A stretch of DNA of 49,201 nt from Octopus bimaculoides. Lineage: Eukaryota. Each line of letters begins with the position of its first letter. Positions within the stretch are counted from its first letter, which is position 1. The notes beneath the pieces were generated by a model. It ran no database searches. It was given only the letters and a program-made list of their open reading frames with translations, and was not told where the DNA came from. The translations under genes were made by a program, and so were the position numbers. Shown here one piece after another: positions 36,901-49,201 of the stretch. Where the stretch lies: the NCBI RefSeq assembly GCF_001194135.2, contig NC_068993.1:30648388-30697588 (forward strand). The letters run 5' to 3'.

Positions 36901-38999
36901 AAATTCTGTTATAGTTACTATTGTTCTTATTGTTGCTACCATTGATACAATCGCATTTGATTGCATAATTGTTTATTTCACCATTCCTTTTGGAACTGAC
37001 TTTCCACTTTCCACTCTCCCATTGCAGTATCTGTAGCTGCACGTCCCTTTACTAGTGTCATGTTCATCGCCATCTCTCTTGTTATTTCTATTTCTATTGC
37101 TCTGTTTATTGGTTTTACTATTGTTATCATTTTATTACCGTCCTACCTTGGTTTTCGATGCCTGCATTTCCAGTATTTCTCACAACATCCTTGCCCAAAT
37201 TCTTACTATGTTCCCCCCCCCCCATTTCTCTCACTGCGGTCTCCAGTCCACTCGCTACTATTGGCCTTATTAATTCTGCTATATTCCAGCGTCTCATCTC
37301 CATCAGTAGCTCGTCTAGCATTTATAGTCGTGTCACTATTACAATAATAATAATAATTACTATAACTGAAGTCTTTATTTCTATTCTTATTCAGAGACCA
37401 GTTTTTATAAACGAGATTGTTATTAATATTATTACCAATGTTATTATCCTTACCATTGTTTATGCCGTTATTATCTCAAGTATTTATTGCGCACCCCACG
37501 TTCAGCGTATCATTTGCAACACCACTATTTTGAGTGTTATAACCTCTTCTCTGACCACAATCCCCACTATTATTACACTTATTTTACTACTGGTAACATC
37601 ATAAACACATTCCTCACTAGCACTATTATTCATAATGTAGCTATAGTTACTCCCAGTGTAAATATTAATTGTATATTCCTTCCGCTTGCGGTTGATTTTA
37701 TAGTTTCTAATTCCTTTATTCTACGGGTGTCGTGGGACTCTACTATTTGTGCAAGGCTTCTTTTGTGGAGTAAGCAAATTTCACAGAATGCGGGTTAAAC
37801 GACCTTCCCTGTTTGCCCGACTGAGGGAAATGTTTGTCAAAGGCCGCTAAAAATTTCCTCGGGATGTTAGTGACAATTTAGACTCCAAATGCAGTGTTGA
37901 ACCAGATAATTCTCTTATATTCGTTTTTCTTATTTATGCGGTAAAAATCTGTGGTTCCATTTTCCTTCCCCCAGTTGTCCCGTTTAGTTTACTCTCATCT
38001 TGATTATTTTTACAACTACTCTTATGTCTGTCATTGTCCCTACATCCATCATTTCGGGTATCGCCATGTTAATATATCTATCATTCTCGAGGGATCGTCT
38101 AGGTTTACCATCTGATGGATCTCAGATCTTAACTTTCAGTTGTTTCATGCTATTGTGTTCCATTATCGCATGTGAATTGCTAACGGGAGAGGTGTACTCT
38201 CCGACCTCACTAATATAACGTATATTTTAGTATTTCATTCCTTAGTATTCCTTAGTATATTTTAGTATTTCATTCCCTCTCCAAATTGAAATCCCTCCAC
38301 TATTACTGCTCCGGGTGGTACTCGAGTTAAGTTTATCAGATGATGTAATATCATTACTCCTACTCAGATCTCCATGAGGGATATTTTGGATTTTCATTAA
38401 CGCATAACCAACTTTGATCTCAGTATATATTTTGATTAATGTTCACATACACATCACTGTAAATATTTCATCCCACTACTTTAGCTTTTGAGTTTTTGTA
38501 TATTTATTTATCCTTCCCACCAAAATGAACAATTACCTCCCCTGTCCCGAATAATAACGATCACCGATTATCTCCCCCTAGATTTTTCTATCTGTTGATT
38601 CATTTCATTAACAAACCCCCAAACACGACATGGACTAAAATCTTCTTAAGAAAATACAAAATAACAATAATTTCAATCAAATGATTAGCGAAAGCGAAAC
38701 CGGTCGACAAACACAACAGTCGTTCCCTTATAAAATATATTTTAAAATATATCAAAACTATTTAAACTGTGTGCATTTTCCTTCTTTATATATANNNNNN
38801 NNNNNNNNNNNNNNNNNNNNNNNNNNNNNNNNNNNNNNNNNNNNNNNNNNNNNNNNNNNNNNNNNNNNNNNNNNNTATATATATATATATATATGCAGGC
38901 ATGTATGTGTGGAAATATGTATGCATGTATGTATGTATGTATGTATGTAGACATTCAGATATATGCATGTATATATGTATGCTGGTGTGTATATATCTG

Positions 39000-40160
39000 T
39001 ATGGTAAACTTGAGGAGACCCTTAAAATCACAAAACTGTTCCTAACAAGACTAAATCAATGCATCATTCAACATCAGATGGCCCGAAGGTGACATATTCT
39101 CAGAAACGACACGCAAATAGCGAAATAAGCAGAATCTTGATCTTACGTAAACGATACGTTTTTATAACCAGAAATGATAATATCTTAGGACTCTGGTTCC
39201 TGGAACGTATTCATAATGTGAAGATATCACCGACAATTTTCTCAGACCATAGCATAATTAAACTCACAATGCATGATCAGAAATTAAAGATTTATTCCAC
39301 ACAGATAGCACCAATACCCTATTCATTCTGAACCTGTATAAGGCTGACTAGAAGTCAATTAAAAAACAGATCCTCCAGCAAAATTGGCCCAAAACTCTCC
39401 CAATTCAAGACATTGTTATCAAACTCAAACTTTTGTGCCAAGAGTACAACCCATATACATCAAATTTGTTCAAGAAGGAGGAGCCAACACACGCATAGAC
39501 ACTATATCCAGAGATAGAAAAAGTTCTTATGAGACGGAGAATTATGATCTCAAATAGCTTTAATAAACAACTTAATAACAGTGACAAGTCCGTCCCTAAA
39601 GAGGCTTTTTAGAGATCAAAGGAAGAAAAACCAGGGTGATTGAAAATATAAAAATGAATCCTAAAGCCTTCTATAAATTTGCAAATGAACCTACCTATGG
39701 GCGTTGCAATACAGGACCACTGTTTGAAGAAAACGGCTCACTGACTGCAGATCCCAGAAGAACAAATGAAATTTAAGTAAACAATTCCAGAGTGTTTTCA
39801 CTTCACCACCGAGAGATATGCAAATAAGCAAGTCTGATGAATCCCATACCGTAGATCTATATGAGAAACACATAAATGGAGAATATGTAATATCAGCAAT
39901 TGATGAGATGAACTCGAACTCAACAACGGCTCAGATGGATTTTCCGCTATTTCTTTTAAAGACATGAAAGAAAGCTCTCACAAAATCACAGCAAATATCC
40001 TTTCAGAGTTTCCTTGCTTGAAGCAAACTTCCCAAAACGTTAAAAAGGAGTGTGATTTTCAGGTCCATCTCCTTGACATCATATATTGGCAAAATTATAC
40101 GACGCATCGTCAGCAGGAGGTTGACCACGTTTGTAGAAGATAGCTCGCTCAGAAAATGCG
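39000..40160 (+). mobile_element. CR1-like LINE ORF2 fragment (end of APE to start of RT), degenerate
   Basis: TRNDNILGL...IHNVKISPTIFSDHSIIKL, IKMNPKAFYKF..TGPLFEENGSLTAD, QFQSVFT and FRSISLTSYIGKIIRRIV. Confidence 0.85.
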
Positions 40161-41088
40161 CAGCATAAATATATATATATATATGTATATATATGAATAC
40201 AATTATAAATGTATTTAAACATTACAATGTAAGCCAGAGTTTGGGCCATGAAATGTATAATCATTAAATCGGTACCAATATTCATTCTTTTTCACGTGTT
40301 ACATAGTTTGCTTTTAATTTTTTTAAACGTTAAGCTAAATTTATTTATTATTTTAAGTTATGTCAAAGACAAAGAGAAAAAATTGAATTAAGTAATAAAT
40401 ATATTTCTTAAAATTTTTATTTGATAAATCTAAGTTGAATATAAAAACTACTTACAACAAACTTTATTTCATTGGACCAGTATCAATATGTTGTTCCTCT
40501 CCGAGCGTTGTCGATATTATACAGAAATAAAAAAATTGGCATAAGCATAAATTTGACATATTGTCGTAATGCATTTGTCTGTGTGTATCTGTGTGTTTGT
40601 GTTGATGTATGTACGTAAATACATGCATATTAATATTTCAAGAGTGTGTTTATGGGTAAATTTTGCGTACTCATACACAAGGTTTATAAACATACATTCA
40701 GTCTGGCTGTGTAAACACTCTATAGTTGAGTGAGTGGGGAGAAGCTCGACAAACTTCAGTTAGGTATTGTCTTTTCAATAGCTTTTACAGTGTGGAAACA
40801 GATTATAGATATTTACAAGAATATCTATAATTTTTGCATGTCAAAGCATTTATAGTCAGCGTGTAGACACATTTTTGAAAAGGTTTAAATACACATATGA
40901 AAAAAATGCATTCAACTTTCTGTTGTATAAATATACACTGTTGTTAAACCACAAGGCTTGCTTCGCAAAGAAAAACCCATAGCATTTTGACTAGTTTCGA
41001 ATGATCATATTACTTTACCTACAATTTCTGTTTTCGTCTTTTAAACAGGGCAAGCAGCTGAAAGCTACTTAAAAAGAAATACTATGGG

Positions 41089-41124
<36 letters not shown>

Positions 41125-41358
41125 ACACACACACACACATGTAATATATATGTATATATATATATGTAAATGAGTATATATGAATAAATATTTTTATATA
41201 CCTATATTACATATATATAGGATCATAAAAATATAATGTATGCATGTGTGTAGATGAATGTGTATTTATATATAGGTATATAAGTATACATTCATACACA
41301 TATATATATGTATGCATGTAATGTGTGACTTTCGAAAAATTTCGGTCGATCAGGTTTG

Positions 41359-41532
41359 CTACCCAACTGTTCCGCTGTTGATGTTATAAATGAGCCAGTA
41401 GCATACACAAAATCCTGCAAAGGCACATGGGAAGAGGAATCTGGAGATGATATCTATACGTCGAGCTTTTCGGAATCCTTTGGTGTAGAGTAGTGATCGT
41501 GCATTTTGGGTTCTCTTGATTATGTCGTTGCG
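41359..41532 (-). CDS. Terminal coding exon of a Cys-loop ligand-gated ion channel subunit (GABA-A/glycine/GluCl-like branch): end of the M3-M4 loop and M4 helix
   Basis: Acceptor tttcttttttcAG, then an open phase-0 frame RNDIIKRTQNARSLLYTKGFRKARRIDIISRFLFPCAFAGFCVCYWLIYNINSGTVG*. The (A/R)xxIDxxSRxxFPxxFxxF...YWxxY pattern is characteristic of this branch. Confidence 0.85.
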   Translation of the reverse strand, partial: RNDIIKRTQNARSLLYTKGFRKARRIDIISRFLFPCAFAGFCVCYWLIYNINSGTVG

Positions 41533-41546
41533 CTGAAAAAAGAAAT

Positions 41547-41650
<104 letters not shown>

Positions 41651-42067
41651 TTGATTATTTATGCACACACAAACGAAAACTTATGGAAATATGGAAGACA
41701 GGTTAATTGAAAGATACATAGAAATCATATACATATATATTTCTGTTTGTCGCTCCATTAGCTTCTGTTCCACATATTAATAGGTTTGCGTTTATGTGTG
41801 TGTGTGTGTGAATGAACATATATGCATACGCACAGGAGCACCCCTCCCAACACTTAACGTTACAATCTTTCAGCTATACTATCTTTGAGAATCACAGTTT
41901 ACACAAAGTTAAAGAAATAATGCTATACTTGGTTACGAAACACTAGAATTTAAAAAAAAACTAGTATTAATTTAATAAGATATATATGAGAATACGTTGC
42001 ATGTTCTCCATATAATTTCTCAATTTCAAATTTCTAATACTGCTGATCGACTCCCTAGTGATAGCTA

Positions 42068-42295
42068 CACAATGCTTTCAAATTTTGGCACAAGGACAGC
42101 AATTTCAGGGGAAGGGGTAAGTTGATTTTATCGACTGCAGTGCTTATCTAGTACTTAATTTATCGACCTCGAAAGGATGAAAGTCAAAGTCAACCTTGGC
42201 GAATTTGAACTCAAAACGTAAAGACGTACTAAATGTCACCAAGCATTTTGACCGGCTTGCTAACGATCGACTAGTTTCAACAGCTGCCACCTTTT
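42068..42295 (-). mobile_element. SINE family A, full length, intronic
   Basis: Minus strand gatcgttagcaagccggtcaaaatgc..gagttcaaattcgcc..ctttcatcctttcgaggtcgataaattaagtact..gccaaaatttgaaa. Confidence 0.85.
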
Positions 42296-42448
42296 AAATT
42301 TTGTTTCCCCAAAATACAGTTCAACAGCAACCTGTAGCTACTTCGAGAATTAAGGCTTTCTAAATCTCTTCGTTGAGGTTTAAAATGATTGAAAGAAGAC
42401 AACTCGAGCATCAGCTGTTAATAATGCTTTTAACCTAAAATTACATAC

Positions 42449-42485
42449 CCGCATATCATAGTTTCCAACTATATGAAGAAGATCT
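42449..42485 (-). CDS. Candidate 37-nt internal exon of the Cys-loop channel (M3-M4 loop)
   Basis: ttcttttattaatttcaAG / AGATCTTC...ATGCGG / GTatgt; open as (x)DLLHIVGNYDMR and ends in phase 0, compatible with the terminal exon. No homology support. Confidence 0.25.
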
Positions 42486-42592
42486 CTTGAAATTAATAAA
42501 AGAATATTCAATTTAGAAACTGAACACAGAATAATAACTTAAGTGAATCAAATGCAACTTTAAGGCCGCGAGCTGACAGAATCATCGCACGC

Positions 42593-44300
42593 TTCCTGTG
42601 TTATTCAAGGTGTACGTGAGTCATTTTTGACGGTATTTTCACAGTGTTAACATCGTTTATTTTGTTTCAGTGTTTTAAACACTTCGATTAATAGTTTTTG
42701 TGCTGCTTTGCAGCAATTCGTTTGTGCTTCCCCTCCTCATAGTGGAGGGTTGGCTTAGTGAAAAAGATGTCTGAAGAAGACTTCCGCTTTTCAGATATGT
42801 CGTCTTCAGAGGAATAAGTTTTGAAAACTGTCAAGAGAATGGACGAAAAATTAAATGAAGAAAAGAGAAACTTTGCGGACGTGGCAAAGCGCCAGGAAAA
42901 TGATATTAATATTGGTGAATTTTAAAATTACAAACTTTTTTTAGGTCGGATGGATTTGACGTGAAATTGCCCCCCACCCCGCGCAAGAGACGCTTAATGA
43001 TATTAAAGAAAGAACAATTTTGTACAAAACATTTTCAATAATTGAAGGAAAAATTGACGTCATGACAACGGGTCAAATAGAAAAAGCGTTAAGACCAATA
43101 TGGCATGAAATTGTGTGCCTTGTGAGAGGTACTAAGTTCGGAGTAGTGGAGGTGAGATTCAGAGGACGCGGCAACAGCAAAAAAGCACGCAGCGACTACC
43201 ATTATGAGTCAGGAAGTGGTGCTTTCGGCCACTTACCGTGGACAACGTGTGACCGGAGGGTGGAGGGAATTCCGCAAGAGATAGATGTGGCCTGAATAGC
43301 AGCCGCTGTCCTTCTGAGAAATGCGGACAACATAGCGGNNNNNNNNNNNNNNNNNNNNNNNNNNNNNNNNNNNNNNNNNNNNNNNNNNNNNNNNNNNNNN
43401 NNNNNNNNNNNNNNNNNNNNNNNNNNNNNNNNNNNNNNNNNNNNNNNNNNNNNNNNNNNNNNNNNNNNNNNNNNNNNNNNNNNNNNNNNNNNNNNNNNNN
43501 NNNNNNNNNNNNNNNNNNNNNNNNNNNNNNNNNNNNNNNNNNNNNNNNNNNNNNNNNNNNNNNNNNNNNNNNNNNNNNNNNNNNNNNNNNNNNNNNNNNN
43601 NNNNNNNNNNNTGAGGAGCCACATCAGAACGGACTGTCCTTCACCGACCAAAAAGACGGAGGAGATACAAGAGGAAGAGCTCCAGAAAGAGCAAGAAAAT
43701 AAGGAGGAAGAAAAAATGTTAGCAGAAGTAAGTAGAGAAGAAAGAAACAGACAACGAATGGGAAACAAGAGGATAAAGGAACAAGAGAAAAAGAAAAAAT
43801 TAAGCCCCATAACCACCCAACTCTCACCCATCCCCCTCTGATACAGAAAAATGTACAGACAAGAACTCTCAAACTCCCACCACCAGACAAAAAAAAAATG
43901 CCACGCAGTAATGTATGATGACTCAAATGAAAAACTGTGTAAAGAAGTGTTTTCTTGGGAAGACTTTAAAACAGTTGGAACAACGAGTTTTGACAACATA
44001 AAGGGATGGCACTGTTGCGCGTTGTGCTGGGATGAACTTAAAGGAAAAATTACAAGATTTAAAAGCGGATATAGGTGTTGGGAAGTGAAATTGGATTAGG
44101 AGAGAACTCACTCTTCCCGGTTTGGATGTTTTTAGTAGAGTCCTTTCCGTTGCAAGCATTCGAGCAAGGTCCCCTGGTCTTTCTACACCTCTCCGAAGTG
44201 CCACCGGAAGTGTCTTCCTCCCTGACTGAAAGAGCAAAACATTCACAACGCATAATCACATCAAACAACCTCCAGTCAATGAAATAACATGATTCACACG
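42593..44300 (+). mobile_element. Degenerate gag/ORF1-like retroelement with a zinc-knuckle remnant and no detectable ORF2
   Basis: ATG at 42767 (MSEEDFRFSDMSSSE), an RRM-like ORF1 stretch (43020-43295), H-x4-C (SHIRTDCP, 43617-43640) after the gap, an acidic/basic coil and a Cys-rich tail. The element's ends are approximate. Confidence 0.55.
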
Positions 44301-45674
44301 ATACGCAGTAGTCTACCGACACACATTATTAAACTACTTCGACGCACATTTCACATATGCTACACAGTAGCTACTAAAAGGTAAATACCGAAAGTCAAAC
44401 TGATGTTGTATACAAAGCCATTCTACACCCAGAGATGTCAATTCTGCACACACTTCAAGAACAGGAATGTGCAAATGATATGCATCAGAAAATTCGCACG
44501 TGACTTTAAAAAAACAAATAATAATAATTATTTCCTATATGAGCCAGTCTAGCATGTGGCAATAATGTTCATAGGGTAGAACGGCCAACTTCGGCGACTA
44601 TCGTTTGTTCGTACTCCAGCACAACACATTCTTTATTTTCATGAACATACAAGTAAACTACTATTGAAAAACCGTATAGATCTGCTTAGAATTGGATAAG
44701 ACTTGCTCGCTGTAGCCCTCAAAAAGCGTAGAGATGTCCTTTGCCATCCAAGTTTGCAAAATGACTTTCAGACTCGTTCGTGCCCCTGTTGTGTTGCCCC
44801 AGTGCGAACAAATCATATTTCATGTTTCATGTCCTATAAATATTTAAAATCCATTTTCACCGCAAGTACAAGCTATCCGATCGCATTTTTTTCTTCTTTA
44901 TTTTGGTCGATTCATTTAATTGATTTCGTAGATATTTATCTATCTCAGTTTTCAATTTCTACATGTTTACTAAAACTAAAAAATTCTGCTTTAGAAAAGT
45001 ATATTGGGGATGATGACGTTGATGATGTTGTTTGTGGTCGTGATGATGACTATGGTAGTGATAGCGAAGATGATATGACAGTGAGCAAATGCCTACCAGC
45101 TATAAGTGAAAAGCTATAAGCACCAGGCTCTCAAGTGTTAGAAGCTTTCACGCAGGTAAAAACCAGTTATAAAAATGTTTCCAATATCTGTTTACTCCTG
45201 AATGAGTGAACCAAAACCGAAAGAAAAGTGCTGCAAATTGGATACAAGAGCAAATAAATAAATAAATGAGGAAGACTATTTTAAAAGACGAAGCAATATT
45301 TTAAACTAAATTAATGCTGCAAAGTAAAACAGAAGAAAAAAAATGTAGAAATGACAGCTCGTGTATAGGAAGAGGCCAAATAAAGTCTTGAAATACAGAG
45401 AAATGCCAATAAATATTTGAATATGAATGCAGAAGAGAAAACATTTTACGAAGAAAATTTCTTACCAGAATGTAAGACTAGAATATCTCCAAAATGTGCA
45501 CGTAGATTAATGTTAGATAAATAAAAATAATGTTAGTCAATAATATATTTCTTTTTAATTCTCACAGTATAATTATCTTTAATTAACTTTTAATGTCTTC
45601 TTTAATAACTTAACACTAATTAAACTATTTGGTTTCATGTCAATATCATCTCTAAATGATCTATTTTCAATATA

Positions 45675-47091
45675 TAGATGTTTTCGATCTAGTTTGGATT
45701 CTTTGCTATCAAATTTGAATTCTTTGCAACCAAATTTGAATTCTTTGCAATCAAATTTGAATTTTTCAAAGGGACTTTGTAAGACAAGCGAAAACGCAGA
45801 AAACGGTCAACAGGCATGCGCTGAAGTGTTGTAAACGGTAGAAAGTAGGAGTCTTCCTACTCGAAAGAATATTCGATGACCAAAAATCGATTCGTAGCTA
45901 GTTTCTCGAAATTGGTGCTCAAGCCTTGAAAAGAAGAGTTAAACTACATCAACCTTACGGCTGATGTAGTTTAACTCTTTTTTTTTCTGTTTGGAAATGC
46001 TCGGTTATCCAAGGCGAGGCAAATAACGAGCCGGAGCTTTACCAATTGATATCTGAAAAGTTCGATGAAATAACTCATGATCACTGCGATAGCTTCTACC
46101 AAAAGATGCTCCGTTACGTCGACCGGTCTGAACAAGGGCAGATCATAAACGAATGATTCTTTTTCTCTTTTTTTTTTGCGTATGTTTGAACAGTTAATTC
46201 AAGATAATTTGTACGTTTTTACAAACTCCAACTTTTTTTTTGCGAGAAATATCAGTTGGGAAAATTTACAAACCCTTATCTCAGGATAGCTAATAGACCT
46301 GGTCTGATTTCTTTAAATTCTTTAAAGCGCGGGTTTATGCTACATCTTCCCTCCCCTCTGGTACGTCTTTTAACTAGACTGTCTATTTTACATGGCATGC
46401 CCGTGTCTTAGATGACATGTGGACGCATTCTGGCAGGTCGTTATATCAAGATTAGTATGAGCTCATTTTATTCTTTATGCCTACATATGGTGAATTGCTA
46501 TTAGTAATAGTATTATGCAAAAGTAATGCTCATAAGTTCTTGATAGCTGCAGAGTTTTCATTCGAGAACTATGCTATTCGTGCTTTCTATTCAAACTTTA
46601 CCCAAGAGTGACCTTCAAAGAACCAGTCCGTTCGCTTTGAGGAGATGCAGATTGAACAATGTTTTAACAAAAAAAGTGACTTCATGAAACAGTTATAAAG
46701 AGCAAAGAGCTTACTATTCGAGTTTATCCAACTCGAGTTTGTTGTCCCAAGCTAGGGGGTTAGATCAAAGTTCGAGTAACAGTGGGCTCTACTGGACGAG
46801 TTAGATAAGATAGACATGTATTCCTTTATGGCTGATGTAGTTTAACTCTTTTTTTTTTCAAGGCTTGAGCACCAATTTCGAGAAAACAGCTTCAAATCGA
46901 TTTGTTGTCATCGAATATTCTTTTGAGAATGAAGACTCCTACTATCTACCGTTTGCAACACTTCAGTGCATGCTTTTTGACCGTTTTCTTCGTTGTAGCT
47001 TGTCTTACAAAGTCCCTTTGAAAAATTCAAATTTGATTTCAAAGAATTCAAATTTGATTGCAAAGAATCTAAACTAGATCGAAAACATCTA
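45675..47091 (+). mobile_element. Internally deleted Tc1/IS630-like DNA transposon with long (about 260-280 bp) TIRs
   Basis: TA-tagatgttttcgatctagttt...aaactagatcgaaaacatcta-TA; arm 45675-45958 matches the reverse complement of 46832-47091. Internal FSVWKCSV...ELYQLISEKFDEITHDHCDSFYQKMLRYVDRS resembles the transposase C-terminus after the catalytic Glu. Confidence 0.8.
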
Positions 47092-47400
47092 TAAATAATG
47101 CAATAACGTATTGTTTTGTACATTTACTGATTAGTCCTTCACTACTCACGGCAAATACGTCAGTTTAAGGCTTCACTGGTGAGTCTAGAATAAGACCAGC
47201 GGGCATCCAAACTTGTCTATATTGGTTGTCGCGAAAATGTTGCTTCTTCCTCACCACATTATTTCTTGTTATCTTTATTATGGGTACCCATAATAAATAT
47301 GTTAATACTACCTGTCTGTCGACCTGTCTCTTGTGACATTACTTAATTATTGTTAAATAACGTCTTATTGTTTTGCTTTTCCATTATGTTAGCAGCAACT

Positions 47401-47617
47401 AAGGCGGCGAGCTGGCAGAATTGTTAGCATGCTGGACGAACTGCTTAGCGGTATTTTGCCCGTCGCTCCGTTCTGAGTTGAAATTCTGCCGAGATCTACT
47501 TTGTCTTTCATCCTTTCGGGGCGAATAAAATAAGTACTAGCTGAACACTGGGGTCGATGTAATCGAATCATTCCCTCCCCCAAAACTGCTACCCTTGCGG
47601 CAAAATTTGAAACTATT
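47401..47617 (+). mobile_element. SINE family A, full length
   Basis: A-box-like tggcagaattg, B-box-like gagttgaaattc, central ctttcatcctttcgggg..ataaaataagtac..ctggggtcgatgtaatcga, and tail gcaaaatttgaaac. Confidence 0.85.
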
Positions 47618-48606
47618 ATGTTAATTTTATTGTCTATATATGTAGCTCATCAGATTATTATTTCTAGTTAGCATTTTAATGTCCACTGTGTTCATTCTGT
47701 TGTCATAAACCTGTATAACTGTACAAGAAAGTCACTCTCACCTTTAAAGTATAATCAATAACAATAATATTGGGAAGTATATTTAATAGGCCAATCTATA
47801 CTGCTGTGTCTCAATAGGTAACACTAGCAGACGGCTATCTTAAACTAAAATATATCACAAAGACATGCTCAAATCCGAGTCGATCATCCGAGAGTGTGCT
47901 TTATAAAACCAGTACGTAAACGCATTATTAGCATAATGAAGGAAATAAACAGATAACAATGTAGTAAGTCTCAATACCTGTACTGATGAATGAAAGAAGC
48001 TTAATATTCGTAATAAAATATAACTGATAAAAAAACAGGAGTGTTTACAAGGATCTGAATATCAAGCTTGGTTAGCATGTTCTACTAGTTTTTTTTCGAT
48101 TCGACGAAGGACCTCGAACGGTCGGTCACACGATCATTTAGAAATAACAGGCAATACTCCATCATACTATCTTAGAAGGACACTGAAGATATGTAAAGAT
48201 ACACTAAAATATAGGATAGTCACAAAGGGAACGCATTTGCTGATATGTCCGGTCGATCATAGATGACCTGGAACAATAACAGCAACCACTTATTCAACAA
48301 ATAACTTAGAGGAAATAAATCCAGACTAAACTAGACTACATTTTCTAACAATTCTGCCCGACACACATATTCAAATAATTTATGATTTAATGTTTAGACA
48401 CAGCAGAAGCAGATGATTCACTCACTTATAGTAAAAACTTTGAAAAGTCTACAAACTAGTTTCTTTTTAGTGGCACGCGAACTTAATTTGGATAATCTGT
48501 TCACCTGTAATCTTCTATCTTTCCTTAGTTTTGTATACATTTATAATTAGGATATGATTAATCATTGATAAGCAAAGTTTGAGCACATTGTAGAAACAAG
48601 GGGAGA

Positions 48607-48736
<130 letters not shown>

Positions 48737-48924
48737 AATTTACGCACTGATATACAGATATGAAAAACACACGGACACATATATGCAAGAAAGTGTGTGT
48801 ATGTATATACATACACATACTTTCTTGTGTATATACATATGTACATATATACACTTTCTGTGTATATACATATGTATATATACATATGCAAGTATATATA
48901 TGTGTGTATGTATATAAGTACATA

Positions 48925-48974
<50 letters not shown>

Positions 48975-49109
48975 CATGTATGTACATACATATGTATGTA
49001 TATATAAATGTATGTATATATAAATGTATGTATATATATATGTATGTACATATATGTATGTATGTATATATGTATATGTATTTATATATGTATATGTATG
49101 TATATATGT

Positions 49110-49161
<52 letters not shown>

Positions 49162-49201
49162 ATTTATGTATATATGTATTATTCTTTACTTTTACTCTTT
49201 T

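Noticed and set aside
37000-38620. Possible degenerate LINE ORF1 on the minus strand and hydrophobic ORFs on the plus strand (37055-37798)
   Set aside because: Many stops and no diagnostic motif I could verify. The hydrophobic ORFs reflect ATT-rich composition.
40340-40470. AATAAA polyadenylation signals for the channel gene on the minus strand
   Set aside because: There are several candidates in very AT-rich DNA and I cannot choose one without 3'-end data.
44703-45119. 138-aa plus-strand ORF, and possible transposase remnants at 44690-45500
   Set aside because: No recognisable motif; the acidic tail comes from GAT repeats. Possible DNA-transposon debris but not supportable.
47401-47490. 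tRNA gene
   Set aside because: A- and B-box-like motifs are present, but they are SINE heads followed by SINE body sequence and do not form a cloverleaf.
48426-48504. Candidate minus-strand exon VNRLSKLSSRATKKKLVCRLFKVFTI, with VN suggestive of the post-M3 region
   Set aside because: The donor is good but the acceptor is purine-rich, there is no homology support, and phase compatibility needs the alternative 42483 acceptor. Too speculative without RNA-seq.

Overview
Eukaryotic, AT-rich, microsatellite-dense scaffold with many N gaps; most N-containing and low-complexity ORFs in the track are artefacts. The SINE families and repeat landscape suggest a coleoid cephalopod, probably Octopus (inference from recalled repeat sequences, not a search). 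The only host gene I can support is the terminal coding exon of a Cys-loop ligand-gated ion channel of the GABA/Gly/GluCl-like branch (minus strand, 41359-41532, M4 helix), plus a tentative 37-nt upstream exon. The rest of that gene probably lies beyond the window end. Nearly everything else recognisable is decayed transposon sequence: five mariner copies (one nearly intact and mellifera-like, one closed by an inverted copy of its own 5' end), two Tc1-like elements (one with about 260-280-bp TIRs), three Penelope-like element fragments (one ending in a hammerhead-ribozyme-like motif), Helitron helicase fragments, CR1, R4/Dong-like and possibly RTE LINE fragments, an ORF1-only gag-like element, two tRNA-derived SINE families and two small foldback elements. 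I saw no rRNA, true tRNA gene or CRISPR array. I cannot demonstrate a new biological system. The best leads are the variant hammerhead motif, long dsRNA-forming inverted repeats (one probably intronic to the channel gene), a GC-rich orphan ORF with fusogen-like features, and the possibly horizontally transferred mariner.
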